Virus record (IMG/VR): IMGVR_UViG_3300042453_003699
Coordinates: 14,034-78,033 of that record
Source of the DNA: a virus
Length of the DNA stretch: 64,000 bases
Strand: one strand, 5' to 3'
The notes below the pieces were generated by a model. That model was given only the letters and a program-made list of their open reading frames with translations. It was not told the origin of the DNA and ran no database searches. This document shows, piece by piece, positions 56,914 to 64,000 of the stretch. The position numbers were made by a program, and so were the translations under genes. The stretch's first letter is position 1; each line of letters begins with the position of its first letter.

Positions 56914-59010
56914 ATGGCGCACAGAATCTATAACCTAGACGCATCGTATTGGCGTATTTCTGGGGGTGGTTTAACAACCTCCGGTCTTTTTTCCACAGGT
57001 ACAACGGCGTATGTACTGAATCCAGGTTTGATGACCTCATCGACCAAATCCAGTCTCCTAACTCTCGCTCAGTTTCAAGCATTCAGACAAACCTTGACTT
57101 CTAGCTTTAGCATCAGCCCCGAAGATCAGTGGCTCGTTTCAAACTGGGCGGCGATTGACTTCGGGTCGGATTTTGCGACTATCCGAGACAACTATGACTT
57201 GTTCATGGAAACCCAGATCAATAATCTTGGGCTTTCTCTGAACCCCGCTAACAACGACTTCACCACCCTTCTGGTCATGGGGCGTATCTCCGGTGGATTG
57301 GGTGGACCCGCCGACTATTTTATCCCGATCATGATTTTTGGGTCTCAGGGAACCGACATTTCTGTTGTCGATGGAACAAGTCCTACTGTCGGTACGGCTA
57401 TCTCTTTTAGTAACATCACTCTTACTTCTATTCGCGTGAACTGGGGTGCTGCGACCGACGCTATTACACCTCAAGCAAGCCTCCAATACAAGGTTGTCCG
57501 AGCAAGCAGTGCTTCTCTTTTGGACACAGTATCAAACGCTCAGTCCAACGGAACTACCGTTATGGATTGGACCGCGAACACAACGACCTATAACAACACA
57601 GGTCTCACGCTCAACACTACTTACGCTTATGCCGTTCTAGTTCGCGATTCGAGTAACAACATCGCTCTTTACTCTGCTCAAGAACAAGCGACCCTCGCTG
57701 ACACCACTGCACCGACAGTTGGAACAGGTATCCAGTATTCAAGCCTATCTGATGAGTCCGTGTACTTGAGTTGGGGTCAGGCTACGGACAATGTTACCGC
57801 GCAAGGATCGCTTGAATACAAGTTGGTTTACTCGACTTCCAATAACATTTCTTCAGTTTCGGATGCTGAGACCAACGGAACTCAGGTTTTTGATTATCAG
57901 GGTGTCATTGGACAACTTGTTGAAGGTCTTACACCTGCAACAAGCTATTACTTTGCAGTGATTGTCAGGGATTCTTCTAACAACAAGAGCCTGTACTCTC
58001 CTATCAATGTCACGACTTTGGATTTGACAGCGCCTACTGTTGGAACTGGAATCCAGACCTCGAACATTACGGACATCTCTATTGATTTGAGTTGGGGAGC
58101 GGCTACGGATGGAGTTACAGCTCAGTCCTCTCTTGAGTACAAGGTCGTTTACTCAACCTCTAACAATATCGGAACCGTCGCAAATGCTAATGTAAACGGT
58201 TATCTTGCAATGGATTGGACCGCAGACACTCTTAACTATAGCGTGACAGGTCTTTCCGCTAGTACCTCTTACTACTTTGCCGTCCTAGTGAAAGATTCGG
58301 CGGGAAATACTAGCATTTACTCTCCTGTGAATGAGAGCACAACTTCGGCTCTTGACACCACGGCTCCTACTGTCGGTACTGGTATTCAGTTTTCTAACAC
58401 CACAGACACCTCGATGGATGTTGCATGGGGTGTTGCTACTGATGATGTCACCTCTCAAGAGAACCTTCAATATAAGCTAGTGTCTTCAACCATTGATAAC
58501 CTCATCTCTGTATCTGATGCAGAATTGAACGGAAATGTAGAGATGGATTGGACCACAGACACCACAAATTACACTTTTACTGGAGCGACTCCGGCAACTC
58601 TATATTATTTCGCAGTTATTGTGCGGGATGAAGCGGGGAACAAAAACCTCTATACACAAGAGAGTAACTCTACATTAGATAGTTCTCCTCCTGCCGTTGG
58701 TACTGGAATCGTGACCTCGAATGTCACTTCAGAATCTATTGAATTTAGTTGGGGCGCGGCTACTGATGATGTGACTGCTCAACCTTCTCTTGAGTACAAG
58801 GTTGTATTTAGTGCATCGAACAACATCGGGACCATCGCAGATGCAGAACTAAATGGAACTTTGATTTACGATTGGATTCCGAACACACTTTCAGCAACAG
58901 CTTTTGGGTTGTCACCTGATACTATGTACTACTTAGCCGTGCTTGTTCGAGATGCTGCGGGGAATACGGCGCTGTACCCAGTAGTAAATGAAACCACCGC
59001 ATCCAGTTAA
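56914..59010 (+). CDS. Fibronectin type III repeat protein (five repeats) with shared N-terminal domain
   Basis: Five D...PTVGT.I...W..ATD..T.Q..L.YK...Y.FAV.V.D...N..LY repeats; AAGGA RBS. Confidence 0.9.
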   Translation: MAHRIYNLDASYWRISGGGLTTSGLFSTGTTAYVLNPGLMTSSTKSSLLTLAQFQAFRQTLTSSFSISPEDQWLVSNWAAIDFGSDFATIRDNYDLFMETQINNLGLSLNPANNDFTTLLVMGRISGGLGGPADYFIPIMIFGSQGTDISVVDGTSPTVGTAISFSNITLTSIRVNWGAATDAITPQASLQYKVVRASSASLLDTVSNAQSNGTTVMDWTANTTTYNNTGLTLNTTYAYAVLVRDSSNNIALYSAQEQATLADTTAPTVGTGIQYSSLSDESVYLSWGQATDNVTAQGSLEYKLVYSTSNNISSVSDAETNGTQVFDYQGVIGQLVEGLTPATSYYFAVIVRDSSNNKSLYSPINVTTLDLTAPTVGTGIQTSNITDISIDLSWGAATDGVTAQSSLEYKVVYSTSNNIGTVANANVNGYLAMDWTADTLNYSVTGLSASTSYYFAVLVKDSAGNTSIYSPVNESTTSALDTTAPTVGTGIQFSNTTDTSMDVAWGVATDDVTSQENLQYKLVSSTIDNLISVSDAELNGNVEMDWTTDTTNYTFTGATPATLYYFAVIVRDEAGNKNLYTQESNSTLDSSPPAVGTGIVTSNVTSESIEFSWGAATDDVTAQPSLEYKVVFSASNNIGTIADAELNGTLIYDWIPNTLSATAFGLSPDTMYYLAVLVRDAAGNTALYPVVNETTASS

Positions 59011-59020
59011 GGAGAAATAA

Positions 59021-59479
59021 ATGTCGCACTACATATACAAATTAGATGAGACCTACTGGACTAATGATTCAGGGAATTTGAAAATTTTCAATGTCCTGTC
59101 TCACAACACAGAATCTTACATCATCAACCCGACCGTTCTGGACGCAAATGGTTTCGACAAGAACTCGGTTTTGACCAAGGTTCAATTCTCAGCTCTTTTT
59201 GAAAATCTTTCTCCGCCGGATCTTATCGTTATCGGAGAATCAGACTTTTCTTTGAGCAACTGGACTGATCTCGGTTGGGGAAGTACGGCATCGGAAGTTC
59301 TTACGAACTACAAGGCGTTCATCGCGGCGAACATTGTAAACTCGCCAAACCGACTCGACATCAATCCCGGCTCCTACCCCATGACCACAGCTCTCGTTAA
59401 TGGAACCGTGAGTGGAAGCGCCTACTTCGTTCCTGTTTTGATGTTTGCTCAACAAGGGTCATCGGATGATCTATCCTGA
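59021..59479 (+). CDS. Stand-alone copy of the shared ~150-aa domain
   Basis: Clear similarity to the N terminus of 56914..59010; AAGGAG RBS. Confidence 0.75.
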   Translation: MSHYIYKLDETYWTNDSGNLKIFNVLSHNTESYIINPTVLDANGFDKNSVLTKVQFSALFENLSPPDLIVIGESDFSLSNWTDLGWGSTASEVLTNYKAFIAANIVNSPNRLDINPGSYPMTTALVNGTVSGSAYFVPVLMFAQQGSSDDLS

Positions 59480-60204
59480 TGGCGACGAGCGGATACAAAA
59501 GCTCACCGACGACCGCCTTCGGAAGTCCCGGCTCAGCCAGCTTCCGTACCGCTACCGCTGTAAGCTCAGGCGCGGATGGTCGTTCCACTCTGGGAGCCGG
59601 AGAAGGGTTGTATTCTTCTTTTTTCACAAAAAAGCAAATCACGAAACTCGCCTTGGTTGATGGCACAGGAAGCAGTTTAGACCCAACCAGTCACTCAAAC
59701 TACCTCATCTACGGTTTGGTGACGAGCACCGGAGAAGAGACCATTTACGAGATACTTTTGAGACTGGATACTTACCTCAGAGACACGCCCAGTTTCGCGG
59801 GGAATGACGGTTTTCTATCTACTAACTTTAATTCCTCAAGCGTAACAAATTTCACATCTGGGATAAATGGTTACTCGGGTCTTCTTTCTTCAAGTGGCGG
59901 ATCTGCCTTCAAGACTGAGCAGAATGCCACCCCTGATAAAATTTGTGTTATGGGGATTAACGCGGACTCGGACAACGATATTCAAGCCCTTTGTACTTAT
60001 TCAGGGGACTTGAGTACGACTTCAGGTAAGGGCGACTCTTGGAGAGAAAATAGCCCATCTCAATCTTTTTGGTCCTACTGGGGTAATGACTTCCACTCAA
60101 ACAGTCAGAGCCAAAGGATAGGCGCGGGGTGGCAGACGGCGCCCGGTATCGGCAGTAGCGTCAGCACCTACTCAGGGGCAGTCTACTTGCTCGCTTTCAG
60201 CTAA
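59479..60204 (+). CDS. Ser/Gly-rich hypothetical protein, probable virion appendage
   Basis: TGATG coupling; 241 aa. Confidence 0.65.
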   Translation: MATSGYKSSPTTAFGSPGSASFRTATAVSSGADGRSTLGAGEGLYSSFFTKKQITKLALVDGTGSSLDPTSHSNYLIYGLVTSTGEETIYEILLRLDTYLRDTPSFAGNDGFLSTNFNSSSVTNFTSGINGYSGLLSSSGGSAFKTEQNATPDKICVMGINADSDNDIQALCTYSGDLSTTSGKGDSWRENSPSQSFWSYWGNDFHSNSQSQRIGAGWQTAPGIGSSVSTYSGAVYLLAFS

Positions 60205-60206
60205 CC

Positions 60207-60434
60207 TCACTGCCCGATCAAATTGGTTTTCCACCAACCCAAGGAATCGAATGGGTGTTGCATTTGATTGTCGATGATAAGCTGACTCATCCAACTTTCA
60301 GCTAATACGGCATCAAGCATCCAGTATTTCCTGATGGTGTCCCACCTTACAGGGGTGGCTCTTTGAGTAGTGATGTACAGAACCCCGATTGCGAAGCCGT
60401 AAGGGATACCCGTGGCAAAGACAAAAGGACGCAT
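60207..60434 (-). CDS. Small hypothetical protein
   Basis: 75 aa; fills the gap between convergent genes. Confidence 0.45.
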   Translation of the reverse strand: MRPFVFATGIPYGFAIGVLYITTQRATPVRWDTIRKYWMLDAVLAESWMSQLIIDNQMQHPFDSLGWWKTNLIGQ

Positions 60435-60458
60435 AATAAACCACTACAATGGTTCTTT

Positions 60459-61049
60459 ATGGCGCTAGTTTCGTCTGGGTTACAAGGCATCATGATCGGG
60501 CAGTTCGCTTCAGCGGGGATCGTTGGAAGCTCCGCGTCACAACTTGCATCTGCCTTGTCGCAGGGTATCTGTATAAACATTCTTTCCACCGCTCAGGTGC
60601 AAACCGTAGATGCGGGGACTGCGGGCGCGGGGACTGGGGTTTCTAAAGTCATCGGCATCAATCCCGGCGCCCTCACCCCCATGATGATCGGGCAGTTCGC
60701 TTCTCAGGGGTTGATTGGACCGTATTCGGCGGGATTGGCTCGCGCCATCAGCACCGCATTTTGTACTTGGTTTCTTGCTTCAAACCAGACCAGTACGGTA
60801 CACTCAGGCGTAGGTCTAGGTGTCGGAAATGGCAAGGTTATTGGCTTATCGCCGAGTGCTATGGGGAACATGATAAGAGGAATGATGGCGGCAAACGGAT
60901 TGTTGGGAACCTATTCGCCTAAAATAGCTACAGCGGTTGGTACAGCTATAGCGTCCCATGTTCTTGCGATGGGTGTGGTGGTTACTCCAATTTTAGGACC
61001 CCCTAGCATCGCACCCGGCGCTGGCAGTGGTTTTGGAAAGGTTCTGTAA
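60459..61049 (+). CDS. Gly/Ala-rich protein with three internal repeats; possible baseplate spike-associated protein
   Basis: Start at 60459; MIGQFAS.G..G repeats; coupled to the next gene. Confidence 0.65.
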   Translation: MALVSSGLQGIMIGQFASAGIVGSSASQLASALSQGICINILSTAQVQTVDAGTAGAGTGVSKVIGINPGALTPMMIGQFASQGLIGPYSAGLARAISTAFCTWFLASNQTSTVHSGVGLGVGNGKVIGLSPSAMGNMIRGMMAANGLLGTYSPKIATAVGTAIASHVLAMGVVVTPILGPPSIAPGAGSGFGKVL

Positions 61050-64000
61050 TGCCCTATAACTTGACTCAGTTCTTCATCAGACAGCCTCGTGTTTCCTCTG
61101 TCAACGATTCGCGAACTCTTCCCCCTTACACACAGGGCACCGTCACTCTTCTCAACGCCTTTACCATTCAATACACGGGCAGTGGTTCTTCCTGCTTGAT
61201 GCACCTTACAGCACAAAAGCTGACAACCTTAGTGAACAGGGATCGAAGCCACGCCGACAACCTGAACATTTCGATGTCGGGTAAAACTCTGCAAGAGCTA
61301 GTCAATGCGATTAACGCAAATACATCCTACTCAGCGGTACTACAAGGAACGGGTTCCGACCGAGCCATGATCGTAGGCGTGACGAACCAATCTATCCTTA
61401 CCGTCTATCAAGTCACTTACGGTAAGAAGGGTGAGTACCTAGTTGAAGCCGATGTGACAGGAAAACTGGGCTCGGCATCTGTCAGATGGACGAAGAACCT
61501 GTTCTCCTTTTCTTCTACTGATTTCCAATGGGCTATCAATTCTGGAGCTTCCCCCGATCAAACAGGAATTTTGGTTCCTCTTTCTGGGATAACTCCGATC
61601 GACTCAGGCGCAGAAATCGTATTTGTAGCTAACCCTGACAACTCTATCTTCGACATCGCCTCCGATAAAACCAAGACAAACGAGTTTTTGGTGAGGAATG
61701 CGGGCGCGGGCATTCAGTTTGTGAACATGGGGGTGTTGCCCAAGATCATACCGGGCACGCTTGAAATCGTCATCAACGACGCTCCCGCGATTGAGAATGT
61801 TGATTACAGCATCTCCCTCACGGACAATCGAATAAACTTCTTGAAGGGCATCTCAGGTGAAATTCACCCGATCACCGAATCTGTGTCTTTTGTGGACACA
61901 AATGTTCAAGGAATAAATGGGGTAATCCTCGACTCCATACAAGTAACCAAGGACGGTGTGCCTCTGGTTTTGAATGTGGATTACTTTCCACAACAGACCA
62001 CCGAGTATCAAGGTAAGCAAGTTGGTTCGGGGCGTGTGTTCTTCACTAAAACGCTGTCGGAAGATCCGATCGCAGAATATGTCCTCACGACTGAATCCAG
62101 TATTTACGGTGACGACCTCATCATCAAGAAGAACGGTAGCCCAATACCAAGTGATTCTTACTTGATTGTTTACGAGGCTGGGTTTTTGAATTTGAACGAA
62201 CCTCTGTTTCCCGGCGATGTCCTCACCGCGACCTATGTCTCTTCTGAACTCGGCGAAATAACCGACGAGATTATCGCGGGTACTCCTGCCTCCATAACAT
62301 CCACCGTCGAAGGTCCGTTCACCATTCAAACCGGAATCAACGATGAACTTGTCATCGAGGCAGACGGAACCGAAGAAACCATCTACCTTCCTATTGGGGA
62401 CGAAGTTATACTGGATGATGTTATTGCCCAGTACAACGATCAAGCCTCGTTCTCAATAGCCACAAAAAACACTGAAGGCACCAAGATGGTGATTGCCTCT
62501 AAAACGGCGGGTACATCGAGCACACTTCTCGTCAAGAACGCATCGGGCAACGAAACGATGGGGTTTTTTGCAAGCTCCACCTCTACTGGGGAAGGTTCCT
62601 TGGGAGGAGAGTTTGCGTTTACTTTGGCAAATGCTCCAGTCGTCATCAGTAGCTTTTCAGCCCCATCAGGGGGCGATACTTTCATTTTGAAGGACTTCAA
62701 TCTAGCCTCCAACTACCCGACAAACTCTCTGGTAGCGATTCAGTCTGACTTGTACTTAATTGACTCAGCCACTACCGATCCCTACGCGACTCTGTATTCT
62801 TCAGTCAAAGATACGACATACCGGATCTCGGCTGACATCAACGACACTTTCATTTTCACTCTGGACGGGAGTGAGTACACCGTTACTCTCACTGAGGGCG
62901 ACAGAACTGCTCTGGAGATTTGCGACGACATCAACCTCGCCTTGATCTCTCCGATAGCTTCTGTGGTCACATTCAACGCAGGTGAAAGAATTCGTCTGAA
63001 GAGTAACACTTCCGGTCTTCTGAGTCAGATCAAAATAGGCGGAGGTACTTCTAACGACACTTTAGGGTTCAAGAACTCCGAAGAGGACACGGGGCTCTTG
63101 AATACCGTCGTAAAGATCAAGGGCTCGTTCAGGATGGATTATGAAAACCCCATTCTAAGGACCACCCGACGGTCTGTATCTTTCGTTTCAGAGACTAGCG
63201 CACACGAAAAAGCACCATCTGGGGTGTCATCCTTGTTTTTCCCTGTAGAAAACCTTACAGGGTTATATCTGCCGAACACCCTAGTAAAAATAGGAGATGA
63301 CATCTACACGGTTGTTTCTAGCCAATATCAGAACAACAAGACGGAAGTTAAGTTGACCTCTAACTTGGTCAATCCTCTATACACTACCGACACGATTCAA
63401 AGGACAGCTCGACCCGTATTCGCCGAGGGAGAAACCACATTGGTATTCTCTACTCCCCCTATTCTCGATCTACCCGTAACCATCAAGGATAACGGAGTTA
63501 CTCTTGTAAGTGGGACGGACTACACCTTGAACGAGGACGGCACGGTAACGCTTTCAGATTCTAAGAAGCTGACGGCTTCAAGCAACATCACCTCCACATA
63601 CACCATTTTTCAAAACGCGGACGCAGGGTCTAGCGTCGTTCTTTCGTATCGGTTCTTCTCTTCTTTGAACGAAGGTTCTGTGGTCACGGCGAGCTATGAC
63701 TTCTTCTCTAGGGATCAGTTCTTCTTTGACATCGTTTATCAAGCCGATCTCGGAGAAGTTTTGATCGCCAAACTCCAAGAAGAAGCCGCACAAGCCCTAA
63801 ACCCTAGTTCTACTGGGTTCACTTCATCCGCCGGAGGAGACGCGGATAATTCAGATTCCGGTAACGAAACCCCTAAGCTGTTGGAGTTCAAGCACAGGTA
63901 TAACGATAGTATTGCCTACAACATTTACCACTGGATCAATGATCGAGTTGAAGGTTTGACGAATGAGAGGGGGAGCTATAACGGGGTCAAGCCCGGTGCC
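61049..64000 (+). CDS. Giant virion structural protein, truncated by the window end (at least 984 aa)
   Basis: ATG at 61049 (TAATG overlap); in frame at both ends and absent from the ORF track, consistent with no stop in the window; G.DY and GPF.I..G.ND.L beta repeats. Confidence 0.8.
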   Translation, partial: MPYNLTQFFIRQPRVSSVNDSRTLPPYTQGTVTLLNAFTIQYTGSGSSCLMHLTAQKLTTLVNRDRSHADNLNISMSGKTLQELVNAINANTSYSAVLQGTGSDRAMIVGVTNQSILTVYQVTYGKKGEYLVEADVTGKLGSASVRWTKNLFSFSSTDFQWAINSGASPDQTGILVPLSGITPIDSGAEIVFVANPDNSIFDIASDKTKTNEFLVRNAGAGIQFVNMGVLPKIIPGTLEIVINDAPAIENVDYSISLTDNRINFLKGISGEIHPITESVSFVDTNVQGINGVILDSIQVTKDGVPLVLNVDYFPQQTTEYQGKQVGSGRVFFTKTLSEDPIAEYVLTTESSIYGDDLIIKKNGSPIPSDSYLIVYEAGFLNLNEPLFPGDVLTATYVSSELGEITDEIIAGTPASITSTVEGPFTIQTGINDELVIEADGTEETIYLPIGDEVILDDVIAQYNDQASFSIATKNTEGTKMVIASKTAGTSSTLLVKNASGNETMGFFASSTSTGEGSLGGEFAFTLANAPVVISSFSAPSGGDTFILKDFNLASNYPTNSLVAIQSDLYLIDSATTDPYATLYSSVKDTTYRISADINDTFIFTLDGSEYTVTLTEGDRTALEICDDINLALISPIASVVTFNAGERIRLKSNTSGLLSQIKIGGGTSNDTLGFKNSEEDTGLLNTVVKIKGSFRMDYENPILRTTRRSVSFVSETSAHEKAPSGVSSLFFPVENLTGLYLPNTLVKIGDDIYTVVSSQYQNNKTEVKLTSNLVNPLYTTDTIQRTARPVFAEGETTLVFSTPPILDLPVTIKDNGVTLVSGTDYTLNEDGTVTLSDSKKLTASSNITSTYTIFQNADAGSSVVLSYRFFSSLNEGSVVTASYDFFSRDQFFFDIVYQADLGEVLIAKLQEEAAQALNPSSTGFTSSAGGDADNSDSGNETPKLLEFKHRYNDSIAYNIYHWINDRVEGLTNERGSYNGVKPGA

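Noticed and set aside
57370-59000. Periodic DNA repeats as a possible CRISPR array
   Set aside because: Degenerate ~330-bp coding repeats of FnIII domains with no repeat-spacer structure; no cas genes seen
1-64000. Stop-codon reassignment as in some jumbo phages
   Set aside because: Coding density is high under the standard code, and TAA, TAG and TGA all end genes at tight junctions

Overview
The window is a 64-kb segment of a large, probably jumbo, contractile-tailed bacterial phage genome read in the standard genetic code. Peptidoglycan enzymes indicate a bacterial host. Positions ~3.5-27 kb are a plus-strand virion module: a volactin-like actin ATPase with a coupled upstream partner, a neck-like protein, a 916-aa tail sheath, three paralogous fibre-like proteins, gp25-like and baseplate-J-like wedges, and a holin-like protein. 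Positions ~27-56 kb are a mixed-orientation accessory region. It holds a nuclease, an H1-like wHTH protein, 2OG-Fe(II) oxygenases, a 2H phosphoesterase, a zincin, a RelA/SpoT toxin with a CapRel-type antitoxin, an SLT, an FG-GAP propeller, an RRM protein flanked by structured RNA, DNA ligase, tRNA-Gly, two DNA methyltransferases, GMP reductase/IMPDH, a receiver protein and an amidase. Positions ~57-64 kb return to virion genes: an FnIII-repeat protein and a giant ORF running off the end. The most notable unexplained signals are (1) the actin/partner pair heading the virion operon, (2) a 10-bp motif TTCCGCCGAA found exactly 13 times, mostly near promoters, (3) shared (K/R)(V/I)A tags on unrelated enzymes, suggesting capsid-loaded cargo, (4) pervasive leaderless genes, (5) a ~150-aa domain reused on four adhesin-like proteins, and (6) a structured RNA-RRM locus. 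All family assignments come from motif recognition by eye; no searches were run.
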